DNA from: Acidobacteriota bacterium
Lineage (GTDB): Bacteria > Acidobacteriota > Thermoanaerobaculia > Multivoradales > Multivoraceae
Reading direction: 5' to 3'
Assembly: GCA_036337765.1 (NCBI GenBank)
Contig: JAYZDP010000161.1
Location: 3,021 to 67,020, forward strand
DNA: 64,000 nt
Shown: positions 28,560-37,971 of the stretch, in pieces
Layout of the letters: every line of letters begins with the position of its first letter
How positions within the stretch are numbered: the first letter of the stretch is position 1
Made by a program: the position numbers and the translations under genes
Notes under the pieces: model-generated
The model's database searches: none
What the model was told of the DNA's origin: nothing
Seen by the model: the letters and a program-made list of their open reading frames with translations, nothing else

Positions 28560-29057
28560 ATGGCCGATTTCGATCCCAAGGGCGCCAGCCCCGTGCGCAA
28601 GGGCAACTCCTACGACGACTTCTCGGAGGGTCAGGTCTTCCAGCACCACTGGGGACGCACCTTCAACGAGGGCGACAACTCGTTCTTCTCGGCGACGACT
28701 CTGTTCTTCAATCCGCTGTACTTCAACCGCGAGTACGCCAAGGAGCACGGGCACCCGGACGTGCTGGTCAATCCCATGCTCGTGCTCTCGACGGTCGTCG
28801 GCATGAGTGTCGAGGACCTGTCCGAAGCTGGCGGTCCGTTTCTCGGCGTCAACGACCTGACCTTCCGCCAACCGGTCTATCCGGGCGACACGGTGACCGC
28901 GCGCTCGACCGTAGTGGCGAAGCGCGAGTCCAAGAGCCGGCCCGAGTTCGGCATCGTCACCTGGCACTCCGAGGGCTTTAACCAGGACGGCGAACGAGTG
29001 ATCGACTACACCCGGTCGAACCTGGTCGCCAAACGCCGACCGAGGCAGGCCAGCTGA
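28560..29057 (+). CDS. MaoC-like hot-dog hydratase (itaconyl-/mesaconyl-CoA hydratase-like)
   Basis: 165 aa. YDDFSEGQVFQHHWGRTFNEGDNSFFSATTLFFNPLY... Confidence 0.65.
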   Translation: MADFDPKGASPVRKGNSYDDFSEGQVFQHHWGRTFNEGDNSFFSATTLFFNPLYFNREYAKEHGHPDVLVNPMLVLSTVVGMSVEDLSEAGGPFLGVNDLTFRQPVYPGDTVTARSTVVAKRESKSRPEFGIVTWHSEGFNQDGERVIDYTRSNLVAKRRPRQAS

Positions 29058-30268
29058 TGGCTCAGAACCGCTACCTCGACGATCGCCGTTTGGAGATCCA
29101 GGCGACGGCACGCAAGTTCGCTATGGAAGAGGTGTTGCCGGTCGCCAACGAGCTCGACAAGCACAAGCAGGACATCCCGCGCGACTTCCTGAAGCGGATG
29201 GGCGAGATGGGCTACTTCGGGATCATGATCTCGAAGGAGTACGGCGGCCTGGGGCTCGGTGTGTTCGAGTACTGCCTGAGTGCGGAGGAGCTGGCACGGG
29301 CCTGGATGAGCGTGGCGTCGATCATCGCGCGCGGCAACGGTATGGGCACCGCCGTGTCGGATCCCGAGCGCAGGCGCGCCCTGACGGAAAAGAGCGCGCG
29401 AGGAGACTGGATCGGCGCCGCGGCGCTGTCCGAGCCCAACGCCGGATCCGACCTCGCCAACGTCCAGTGCCGTGCGGAGCTAGACGGCGACGAGTATGTG
29501 ATCACGGGCGACAAGAAGTGGTGTGGCAACGCCTACGCCGCCGACTTCATCCAGCTCCTCGCCCGTACCGAGGACCCGCCCGAGGGTGGCCGCCGGTCAC
29601 AGGGACTCGAGACCTTTCTCATCGACAAGGAGCCCGACTCGTTTCCTGACGGCCTGACCGGCAGGGCCATTGACAAGATCGGCTACCACGGCATGACGAC
29701 CTGGTATCTCGAGTTCCGCGGTCTGCGGATTCCGAAGGGAAATCTGCTCGGTGGGCGGCGATCGTCTCCCTCGGATCCGGCCAGTGGTGAGGGCGGCAAG
29801 GGTCGTGCCTTCAGCGCCACCCAGCGCGGGCTCAACGTCGCTCGCGTGCACACCGCGTCACGGGCCGTGGGCCTGGCGCGCGGAGCGCTCGAAGATTCGG
29901 TGCGCTACGCCCAGGAGCGTGAGCAGTTCAACCGGCCCATCGGTGCCTTTCAGTCGATTCGCTTCATGCTCGCCGACATGGCTACCGAGATCGAGGCGGC
30001 GCGCGCGCTGATGTACCAGGTCGCCCAACAGGTCGACGACGACCAGCCGATCGAGCGCGAGGCCGCGATGATCAAGCTCTTCGCGACCGAGATGGCGGAA
30101 CGCGTCACGCACAAAGGCCTGCAGATCCACGGCGGCAACGGCTACACCACCGAACGGCAGGTCGAGCGTTATTGGCGCGATGCGCGCCTGACGACGATCT
30201 TTGAGGGTACTTCCGAGATCCAGCGCCGCATCATTTCGGACCGCCTGCTGCCGCGAGAGATCCGATGA
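29057..30268 (+). CDS. Acyl-CoA dehydrogenase
   Basis: 403 aa. ALSEPNAGSD, ...QIHGGNGYTTE..VERYWRDARLTTIFEGTSEIQ. Confidence 0.9.
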   Translation: MAQNRYLDDRRLEIQATARKFAMEEVLPVANELDKHKQDIPRDFLKRMGEMGYFGIMISKEYGGLGLGVFEYCLSAEELARAWMSVASIIARGNGMGTAVSDPERRRALTEKSARGDWIGAAALSEPNAGSDLANVQCRAELDGDEYVITGDKKWCGNAYAADFIQLLARTEDPPEGGRRSQGLETFLIDKEPDSFPDGLTGRAIDKIGYHGMTTWYLEFRGLRIPKGNLLGGRRSSPSDPASGEGGKGRAFSATQRGLNVARVHTASRAVGLARGALEDSVRYAQEREQFNRPIGAFQSIRFMLADMATEIEAARALMYQVAQQVDDDQPIEREAAMIKLFATEMAERVTHKGLQIHGGNGYTTERQVERYWRDARLTTIFEGTSEIQRRIISDRLLPREIR

Positions 30269-30747
30269 GCTCTTCCGAGGCGCTGACCGGCAACGGCAAC
30301 TACTTCGAGGACTTCGAGATCGGCCAGAGTCTCCGTCACGTACGCGGCAAGACGGTGGGTGAGTTCGAGAACCAGATTCTCACCAACCTGGTGATGAACA
30401 CCGCTCACTCGCACTTCAACGAAGATGCGATGAAGGACAGCGCGTGGGGACAGCGGCTGGTCTTCGGCCTGGTGACGGGCTCGATCGTGGTCGGCCTGGC
30501 GACGCAGGACGTCGCCGAGAACGCCCTGGCCGAGCTCGGTCTCGACGGGCTGCGTTTCACCGCACCGGTCTTTCACGGCGACACGCTTTATGCCTACTCA
30601 GAGGTCGTCTCGAAGGAAGACTCGGACCGCGAAGACGCGGGAATTGTGGTCTTCTGCCATCACGGCTACAAGCAGGACGAGACCAAGGTCTTTGAGGGGC
30701 TGCGCCGTGTGCTGCTCAAGCGCCGGAGCCACTGGGAGTCGAGTTGA
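30265..30747 (+). CDS. MaoC-like hot-dog hydratase, second copy
   Basis: 160 aa. YFEDFEIGQSLRHVRGKTV... ATGA overlaps on both sides. Confidence 0.65.
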   Translation: MSSSEALTGNGNYFEDFEIGQSLRHVRGKTVGEFENQILTNLVMNTAHSHFNEDAMKDSAWGQRLVFGLVTGSIVVGLATQDVAENALAELGLDGLRFTAPVFHGDTLYAYSEVVSKEDSDREDAGIVVFCHHGYKQDETKVFEGLRRVLLKRRSHWESS

Positions 30748-31955
30748 GCTCCCCTCAAAGTGCGGGCGCCGGACCCCTCGAGGGGCTCCGCATCGTCGAT
30801 CTCACGCAGATGCTGGCGGGGCCCTACTGCACGATGCTGCTGGCCGACCTCGGTGCGGATGTGGTCAAAGTCGAGCCCCCGGGCGGCGACATGACGCGCT
30901 ACTCGGGACCGTTCCTCGAAGGCGACGAAGAGAAGGCCTACGGCGGCTACTTCGGCAGCATCAATCGGAACAAGCGCTCGATAGTGCTGGACCTGAAGTC
31001 CGACGACGGCAAGCAGGCGCTGCGCGAGATGGTGCGTCAGGCGCCGGTTGTGGTCGAGAACTACCGCGCCGGCGTGATGGAGCGGTTGGGACTGTCCTAC
31101 GAGTCGTTGCGTGAGCTCAATCCAGCGCTGGTCTACGCCGCGGTGCGCGGCTTCGGCGATCCACGGACCGGCGAAAGCCCGTGCGTGAACTGGCCCGCCT
31201 TTGACGTCGTCGCGCAGGCGATGGGCGGCATCATGGGGATCACGGGCACTGCCGATGGCACGCCACTCAAGGCCGGCCCGGGGGTTGGCGACATATACCC
31301 GGCGGCCCTTGCCGCTTTGGGCATCGTCGCTGCCGTGCGCCACGCCGAGCGCACCGGCCAGGGTCAGTTCGTCGACGTCGGTATGGTCGATGCGGTCCTG
31401 TCGCTGTGCGAGCGGTTGGTCTACGAGTACTCCTATCACGGCAACGTGCCGGGGCCGGAGGGCAACGCCCATCCCTTCCTGTGCCCGTTCGAGAATTTCC
31501 AGACCGAGGACGGGTGGATCACCATCGCTGGGCCACGCGACAGTCACTGGAAAATCCTGTGCGAAGAGATGGGCCGGCCGGAGCTCGCCGAGGACGAACG
31601 CTTCCGCACCAACCGCGCTCGCGTCCAAAACGCCGACGAGACGCGGCGGATGGTTCGCGAGTGGACCTCGGCCCGCACCACGGACGAAGCGATGAGTGCG
31701 CTCGCGGGCAAGGTGCCGGCCGGGCCGGTGCAGACGATCCAGGACATCTTCGAACATCCGCATTCCCGCAGCCGCGACATGCTCGTCGAGGTCGAGCACG
31801 CCGGTACGGAGCGCAACGTGGTCTACGCCGGCTTACCGATCAAGTACACCGAGACCCCGGGTGGCATTCGCCGCCGACCGCCGCGCCTGGGAGAACACTC
31901 TGGAGAGATTCGTGAAGAGTTCAATTTGCCTCCCGCCGCGGCCGCCGGCGGGTGA
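30744..31955 (+). CDS. Family III CoA-transferase (CaiB/BaiF; Mct/Ict-like)
   Basis: LRIVDLTQMLAGPYCTMLLADLGADVVKVEPPGGD is a family III hallmark. Confidence 0.9.
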   Translation: MSSPQSAGAGPLEGLRIVDLTQMLAGPYCTMLLADLGADVVKVEPPGGDMTRYSGPFLEGDEEKAYGGYFGSINRNKRSIVLDLKSDDGKQALREMVRQAPVVVENYRAGVMERLGLSYESLRELNPALVYAAVRGFGDPRTGESPCVNWPAFDVVAQAMGGIMGITGTADGTPLKAGPGVGDIYPAALAALGIVAAVRHAERTGQGQFVDVGMVDAVLSLCERLVYEYSYHGNVPGPEGNAHPFLCPFENFQTEDGWITIAGPRDSHWKILCEEMGRPELAEDERFRTNRARVQNADETRRMVREWTSARTTDEAMSALAGKVPAGPVQTIQDIFEHPHSRSRDMLVEVEHAGTERNVVYAGLPIKYTETPGGIRRRPPRLGEHSGEIREEFNLPPAAAAGG

Positions 31956-31973
31956 CTCAGGAGGAGAACGCCG

Positions 31974-32879
31974 ATGACCATACGCCTACGCCGGTCCGAG
32001 CTCTCGACCCCCGCCTCGAGCGAGAAGATGATGAGCAAGGCGGCGGCCTGCGACGCTGACCTGGTCTTTCTGGACCTCGAAGACGCTGTTGCGCCTTCGG
32101 AGAAGGAGGGCGCCCGCACGATGGCGGTCGAGGCGCTGAACAGTCTCGACTGGAAGCCGCAGACGGTGGCGGTGCGCGTGAACGACGCCGAGAGCCACTG
32201 GGCCTACGAGGATGTGATCACCGTCGTCGAGGGCGCCGGCCACAAGATCGATCTGCTCATCCTTCCCAAGGTGAAGGCTCCGCGCGACGTCTGGTTCTTC
32301 GACACTCTGCTCGAGCAGATAGAGAAGAAGCTCGGCCTACAGAAGAAGATCGGCCTCGAGATCCTCATCGAGGAGGTCGAGGCGCTGGCGTGCGTCGAAG
32401 AACTGGCTCGCTGCTGTCCACGCCTGGAGGCCCTGATTCTCGGCGTCGGCGATCTGTCGGCGAGCCAGGGCATGAAGCTCGGCCAGATCGGCGGCAGCGA
32501 CGAGCGCTACCCGGGCGACATCTGGCACTTCGCCCGCGCGCGGCTGGTGGTGGCTGCGCGCGCTGCCGGCATCGACGCCATCGACGGCCCCTACGCCAAC
32601 TTCCGCAACCCCGACGGCTACGTGCGCCAGGCGAGCTGGGCCGCGGCCCTGGGCTTCGTCGGCAAATGGGCCATCCACCCCAGCCAGATCGAGCTCGCCA
32701 ACCAGGTGTACTCCCCGACCGACGAGGAGATCACCGAAGCGCGAAACATGATCGAAGAGGTCCGCAAGGCTGAAGAGGGCGGCATGGGCGCAGCCAACAC
32801 TGGCGGCGTCATGATCGACGCCGCCACCGCCCGCATCTTCCAAGTCATCGTCGATCGAGCCGAACTGATGGGCCGCTAA
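31974..32879 (+). CDS. HpcH/CitE-family acyl-CoA lyase, malyl-/citramalyl-CoA lyase-like
   Basis: RSELSTPASSEKMMSKAAACDADLVFLDLEDAVAP...GKWAIHPSQIELANQVY closely parallels methylotroph MclA by eye. Confidence 0.8.
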   Translation: MTIRLRRSELSTPASSEKMMSKAAACDADLVFLDLEDAVAPSEKEGARTMAVEALNSLDWKPQTVAVRVNDAESHWAYEDVITVVEGAGHKIDLLILPKVKAPRDVWFFDTLLEQIEKKLGLQKKIGLEILIEEVEALACVEELARCCPRLEALILGVGDLSASQGMKLGQIGGSDERYPGDIWHFARARLVVAARAAGIDAIDGPYANFRNPDGYVRQASWAAALGFVGKWAIHPSQIELANQVYSPTDEEITEARNMIEEVRKAEEGGMGAANTGGVMIDAATARIFQVIVDRAELMGR

Positions 32880-33042
32880 CACGCCCCTACCTCGGCCCGC
32901 AAGCGCCGTTCCCGGCGCCAAGAACATCGAACTGTGACCAGTTGTCGAAGGTCACCGCTCCGTAGCCCGCGTCCTGGCGCCGGGCCACACCCGAGACCTT
33001 CTGGAAAGTCGTCTCTTCATCCGCCGCGAAGCTGATCAGCAG

Positions 33043-33429
33043 GTGGGTTCGGACCTATTATCCATGTATGGCGTGACCGCGCTTCTGTTGGCCGCCGCCG
33101 GGCTTTTCGCCTCGCTGAGCTTCGACATTCGGCAGCGCCCTTTCGAACTCGGGTTGCGTCAGGCTCTAGGTGCGACACCGCGAACGATTGCGGCGAACCT
33201 GCTCAGCAATGGGCTCGCCCCGGTTGTCATTGGGCTTGTGTTCGGTTTTCCCGCCGCGTGGGTGGCGCGGCGCCTGTTCGAGTCGTACCTATTTGGTGTG
33301 AGTCCCACGCCGCCCGCGCCCTACCTGGCGGCAGGCATCGTGCTCTTGGTCACGAGTGCCCTGGCCTGCGTTGGACCAGCCAGTAGGGCCGCTCGCAGCT
33401 CCCCGTTGGAGGTCTTGAGACACCTCTAG
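33043..33429 (+). pseudogene. C-terminal FtsX-domain fragment of an ADOP-type permease
   Basis: Only the last ~128 aa are present (...RQRPFELGLRQALGATPRTI...PASRAARSSPLEVLRHL), with no upstream domains. Confidence 0.55.
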
Positions 33430-33439
33430 ACGCCGGCGC

Positions 33440-34213
33440 TCACCCGTAGCGACCTTCGATGTAGTCGGCGGTCTCCTGGTGCTGTGGAGTTACAAAGATC
33501 TCGCCGGTCTTTGCGTGCTCGATGACCTTGCCAAGCAACATGAAGACGCACTCGTCGCTGGCACGGCGGGCCTGGGCCATGTTGTGCGTGACAATGAGGA
33601 TTGTGTACTCGCCACGCAGCTCCCAGATCAGCTCCTCGACCGCCTCGGTGCCCTTCGGGTCGAGCGCCGAGCAGGGCTCGTCCATGAGCAGCAGCGTCGG
33701 CTTGACAGGCAGTAGCCGAGCGATGCACAGCTTCTGCTGCTCCTCTAGCGACAGGTCGACGGCGCGCTCGTCGAGGCGGTCCTTGACCGCGTCCCACAGC
33801 AGCACTTGCTGAAGGGCCTGTTCGACGACCTCGTCGCGTTGGGAGCCGGCGTGCTTCTGCGGATGGTGCAGCCGGTAGCCGAACAGCACGTTCTCGCGGA
33901 TCGTGAGCGGTAGGGGATTGGGGCGCTGGAATACCATTCCGACCTGCTGACGCAGCCGGGTCGGCTCGACCCCTGGGGCGAGGATGTCCTGGCCGTGGAT
34001 CTCGACGCTTCCTGTTGTGCGGACGTAGCCGAGGCGCTCGTTGATCCGGTTGACGGTGCGCAGGAAGGTCGTCTTGCCGCAGCCCGACGGTCCGATTAGC
34101 GAAGTGACGACTGCCGTGCGCACGTCGAGGGTGACGTCGTAGAGCGCCTGGAACGTGCCGTACCAGAGATTGAGGTCGCGGGTGGCGATCGCGGGGGACG
34201 GAGAATCAGCCAA
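33440..34213 (-). CDS. pstB: Phosphate ABC transporter ATP-binding protein
   Basis: 257 aa. Walker A GPSGCGKTT, signature-like LSLEEQQKL, and Walker B LLLMDEPCSALD. PstB-type N-terminus NLWYGTFQAL. Confidence 0.9.
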   Translation of the reverse strand: MADSPSPAIATRDLNLWYGTFQALYDVTLDVRTAVVTSLIGPSGCGKTTFLRTVNRINERLGYVRTTGSVEIHGQDILAPGVEPTRLRQQVGMVFQRPNPLPLTIRENVLFGYRLHHPQKHAGSQRDEVVEQALQQVLLWDAVKDRLDERAVDLSLEEQQKLCIARLLPVKPTLLLMDEPCSALDPKGTEAVEELIWELRGEYTILIVTHNMAQARRASDECVFMLLGKVIEHAKTGEIFVTPQHQETADYIEGRYG

Positions 34214-34994
34214 ACTTGCCCTCCACGTACTCCTGGGTGCGAGAGTCCTCGACCTCTCCAGTGAAGAGCTTCTCGGTGTCGCCGACCTCGACGCATTCTC
34301 CGCTGAGGAAGAACGCTGTGCGGCTCGCCAGTCGCCGCGCCTGCTGCACCAGGTTGGTGACGAGCACGATCGTCATCTCCTGGCGCAGCTCCTTGAGCAC
34401 GTCCTCGATGCGCATAGTCGTGACCGGGTCGACGGCGATCGAGAACTCGTCGAGTAGCAACAGCTCCGGGTCCTGCGATAGCGCCCTGGCGATGGTGAGG
34501 CGCTGTTGCTGGCCCCCGGACAGTAGGCTGCCCAGCGAGTCGAGGCGGTCCTTCACCTCGTCCCACAGCGCGGCGCGGGTCAGGCAGCGCTCCACGATCT
34601 CGTCCAACTCGGCCCGTTGTCGGAGGCCCGCCAGGCGCGGCGACAGGGCGACGTTGTCGTAGACGCTCAGCGGTAGGCCGACTGGCAGAGGAAAGACGAC
34701 GCCGATCTTGCGCCGAAGGCTGTAGACATTGCGCCAGCGGCGGATGTCTCCGCCGTCGAACAGGATTTGACCCGACACGCGCATCCCGGTGGTCATCTCG
34801 TTCATACGGTTGATGGAGCGCAGGAACGACGTCTTGCCGCTATTGGATGGGCCGATGATGCCGAAGATCTCGTTTTGCAGGATGTCGAGGTCGACGCCCT
34901 CGAGGGCGCACTTCGATCCGTAGTGGATCGCCAGATCACGGACGCTGAGCTTGACGCTCGGCCTCGCAGTCGTTGGGGCGTGCGGCTCTACCAC
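34206..34994 (-). CDS. Second PstB-like ATP-binding protein (tandem paralogue)
   Basis: 262 aa. GPSNSGKTS, LSGGQQQRL, LLLLDEF. Overlaps the downstream pstB by 8 nt. Confidence 0.85.
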   Translation of the reverse strand: MVEPHAPTTARPSVKLSVRDLAIHYGSKCALEGVDLDILQNEIFGIIGPSNSGKTSFLRSINRMNEMTTGMRVSGQILFDGGDIRRWRNVYSLRRKIGVVFPLPVGLPLSVYDNVALSPRLAGLRQRAELDEIVERCLTRAALWDEVKDRLDSLGSLLSGGQQQRLTIARALSQDPELLLLDEFSIAVDPVTTMRIEDVLKELRQEMTIVLVTNLVQQARRLASRTAFFLSGECVEVGDTEKLFTGEVEDSRTQEYVEGKFG

Positions 34995-35857
34995 TTCTTC
35001 TTGCCCCGCAGATAGATGCGAAACGCGATCGAAAGGGCGTTCATGGCCAAGACCATCCCGATCAGCACCAGTGCGACGCCGTACGGAAGTGCGTCGGGTA
35101 CGTCCGGGACCTGGGTGGAGATGAAGTACAGGTGCAGCGACATCGCCATCGTCTGGTCGAGCACGCTCTGCGGCAAGAAGGGTAGGAACATGGTCGCGCC
35201 GGTGAACATGATCGGCGCGGTCTCACCCGCCGTACGGGAGACCTCGAGGATGATTCCGGTGAGGATGCCGCTGATCGAGTTGGGCAAAACGACCCGCCGG
35301 ATCGTCTGCCAACGGGTCGCACCCATCGACCAGCACGCCTCGCGAAAGGCGTGGGGCACCGCCTGCAGCGATTCACGCGTCGAGACGATGACGACCGGTA
35401 GGGTCATCACCGCCAAGGTCAGGCTGGCGGCGAGGATCGAGGTGCCGAAGCGGAAGAACAGCACGAACGCGCCGACGCCGAACAGCGCGTGCACGATCGA
35501 AGGCACGCCGGCGAGGTTGATGATCGCCAGGTTGATGAGTCGGGTCAGCCAGTTGTCCTTGGCGTACTCACTGAGATAGAGAGCGGCGGCGACGCCAATC
35601 GGTACCGATGCCACGAGCGCCACGACCACCAGCCAGACAGTGCCAATGAGCGCAGGAAAGATGCCACCCGCGGTCATGCCCTGGGTCGGCTCCGTGAACA
35701 GGAAGTCGATCGACAGGATCGGCGCTCCGCGCCAGATGAGAACGCCGAGGATCAACATCACCGGCAGGATCAGGAGCAGCGTCATGACCAGAAAGGCGCC
35801 CTTGACGAGGCGCTCGTCGCGCTGGTTCTTGGCGTCCAGTGCCGTCGCTTCGAACAC
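34988..35857 (-). CDS. pstA: Phosphate ABC transporter permease PstA
   Basis: 289 aa, 6 TM, EAA-type loop ...ACWSMGATRWQTIRRVVLP... Confidence 0.9.
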   Translation of the reverse strand: MFEATALDAKNQRDERLVKGAFLVMTLLLILPVMLILGVLIWRGAPILSIDFLFTEPTQGMTAGGIFPALIGTVWLVVVALVASVPIGVAAALYLSEYAKDNWLTRLINLAIINLAGVPSIVHALFGVGAFVLFFRFGTSILAASLTLAVMTLPVVIVSTRESLQAVPHAFREACWSMGATRWQTIRRVVLPNSISGILTGIILEVSRTAGETAPIMFTGATMFLPFLPQSVLDQTMAMSLHLYFISTQVPDVPDALPYGVALVLIGMVLAMNALSIAFRIYLRGKKKW

Positions 35858-35860
35858 GTC

Positions 35861-36823
35861 CTAGCTCTCCTTTGCGCTACCGGGCCGTGCGGCTCGCCGT
35901 CCGCCCGACCTACGCAGGACGATGTCGGCGGTGAGATTGATGAGGAAGGTCACCAGGAAGAGCAAGATTCCGAGAGTGAAGAGTGCCCGATAGTGGTCCG
36001 AGCCTTGGGCCGCGTCGCCGAGTTCGGTCGCAATGGTGGCGGTCAGTGCGCGCACCGAGTCAAAGACGCTGGTGGGGAGATGGATGGAGTGGCCACTGGC
36101 CATGAGCACCGCCATCGTCTCGCCGAAGCCGCGGCCGACCCCCAGGAGCACTGCGGCGAGCAGGCCGTTGCGGGCCGCAGGCAGAACAACACGGAAGACG
36201 ACCTGCAGCCGGGTTGCCCCGAGTGCCTCGGCGGCCTCGCGGTACGCGTCTGGCACCGCCTTGAGCGCGTCCTCCGCGATGGTGGTCATGATCGGCGCCG
36301 CCATGAGCCCGAGGATCACCCCGGAGTTCAGTACGTTCAGGCCTATCGGCACGTTGAACGCCTTGATGACGAGCGGGTTCAGCAGCGTCAGGCCGATGAA
36401 TCCCCACACCACAGAGGGGATGGCGGCGAGCAGCTCGACGAGGATCTTCAGCGTCTCCCGCAGCCGAGGATTGGCGAACTCTGAGATGTAGATCGCTGCG
36501 CCGAGCGAGAAGGGGACGGCCACCACCATGGCGAGGCCCGTCACGCTGGCGGTTCCCACCATCAGGGCGAGGGCGCCGTAGGTCGGGTTGTAGCCGGAGG
36601 TCGGGGCCCAGCGTGGCGAGGTGAAGAACTCGACGAGGTCTAGCCGGCCGAACACGAAACCCAGACCCTCCTGAGTGACGAAGACGAAGATGCCGACGAT
36701 AAGGACGATCGCCGAGATCCCTCCCAGGAAGATCAGGATCTGCGCGGCTCGGTCGATGAACCAGTCGAGGTTGAGGCTGTCGTCAGCCTGACCCGAGCGT
36801 CCCACCGCCTTGGAGGTACTCAT
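35861..36823 (-). CDS. pstC: Phosphate ABC transporter permease PstC
   Basis: 320 aa. ...EAAEALGATRLQVVFRVVLPAA... Confidence 0.9.
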   Translation of the reverse strand: MSTSKAVGRSGQADDSLNLDWFIDRAAQILIFLGGISAIVLIVGIFVFVTQEGLGFVFGRLDLVEFFTSPRWAPTSGYNPTYGALALMVGTASVTGLAMVVAVPFSLGAAIYISEFANPRLRETLKILVELLAAIPSVVWGFIGLTLLNPLVIKAFNVPIGLNVLNSGVILGLMAAPIMTTIAEDALKAVPDAYREAAEALGATRLQVVFRVVLPAARNGLLAAVLLGVGRGFGETMAVLMASGHSIHLPTSVFDSVRALTATIATELGDAAQGSDHYRALFTLGILLFLVTFLINLTADIVLRRSGGRRAARPGSAKES

Positions 36824-36848
36824 CGGACTCGCAACCCTAGTCGGCGAC

Positions 36849-37922
36849 TCAGCCGGCGCCAGGGCCGTGCAGAGTCTCCATCAGCGATCGCGTCTCCAAG
36901 GAGAGTGACTTCAGTGCCTCGTTCAGCGTCGGTGCCCCGACGCTGTCTACGGCGAGCGACCACGTGACTACCGTCGAATGGAATGGCACCTCGTCGAGGT
37001 GGGGCCGTGGATCGCAGCCGACACCGACGATGATGTCGAAGTCCGACACCGTGCGACCGAGGTCGCCAAGCCCGCGCGGCGCCGCGCCGTCGTAGTCGAG
37101 GCTGTTGTCGGCGAGAAACGCCTGCACGTCGGCATCGATCTGTGCGGCGGGCGCCCATCCAGCCGAGGCGTAGCGGCCGCTCTCGGGAAAGCTCTTGCGT
37201 GCCGTGGCCTCGGCGATCTGGCTCAGACCGGCATTGGTCTCGTCTACGAACAGGATCGAGTAGGCCTTGGGTGCCTTGGTCTCGCCAGTGGCAGCGAAGA
37301 TGGTCTCCTCGCAGATGTTCTTTGCCTGATCGCTCACCCGCTCCAGCCGGTTGAGGATGAGGAGTATGGCGAAGAGGTCGGATACGGGCCGGCTCTCGCG
37401 TTCGCCTTCGCGCTCCAGGTCGGACCACAGCCTTTGGGTCAATGCGCGTGCCTGGCGCGCCATTCCGGCGGTGCCACGGGCCAGCTCGGCGTTGCCGTCG
37501 TGAAACGCCTGGATCGACTGCGCGAGCATCGTGCGGCCCTGCTCGGCCATCAGTTCGATGTCGTTTGCGATCGAAGTGGGCGGCGGCGCCGAGAGCTGCA
37601 CCGCCTCACGACAGACGGTGGCGGCGTAGTCGCCGATCCGCTCGAGCTCGATCGAGACCCGCATGACGGCGGATACGAAACGCAGGTGGCCGGCGCTCGG
37701 TAGGTGACGAGCGACGAACGAGTGGCACAGGGCATCGATCTCGCGCGTCTCGCGATTGATGCGATGGTCACCCAGGATCGTGGCAGAGGCCAGCTCGCGA
37801 TCCCCCGCACGCAGGGTTCGCTCCGCGTTGCGCAGCGCCTCCTCCACATGCGAGGCGGCTCGTATTACGCGAGTACGGATTTCGGAAAGGTCGGCCTCGA
37901 GGCGCTCTTCGTAGTGGGCCAT
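36849..37922 (-). CDS. PhoU (two-repeat) fused to a catalytically degenerate LMW-PTP/ArsC-like domain
   Basis: aa 1-215 are PhoU (two ...ELERIGDYA / ...LERVSDQAKNI repeats). aa ~220-357 have an LMW-PTP fold layout, with the P-loop CXGNXCRS replaced by DETNAGLS (37221-37244). Confidence 0.75.
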   Translation of the reverse strand: MAHYEERLEADLSEIRTRVIRAASHVEEALRNAERTLRAGDRELASATILGDHRINRETREIDALCHSFVARHLPSAGHLRFVSAVMRVSIELERIGDYAATVCREAVQLSAPPPTSIANDIELMAEQGRTMLAQSIQAFHDGNAELARGTAGMARQARALTQRLWSDLEREGERESRPVSDLFAILLILNRLERVSDQAKNICEETIFAATGETKAPKAYSILFVDETNAGLSQIAEATARKSFPESGRYASAGWAPAAQIDADVQAFLADNSLDYDGAAPRGLGDLGRTVSDFDIIVGVGCDPRPHLDEVPFHSTVVTWSLAVDSVGAPTLNEALKSLSLETRSLMETLHGPGAG

Positions 37923-37971
37923 TCTTTATCGGCCCCGTCGGTGGGGCCACTCCAGCCTATGACAGTGTCGA

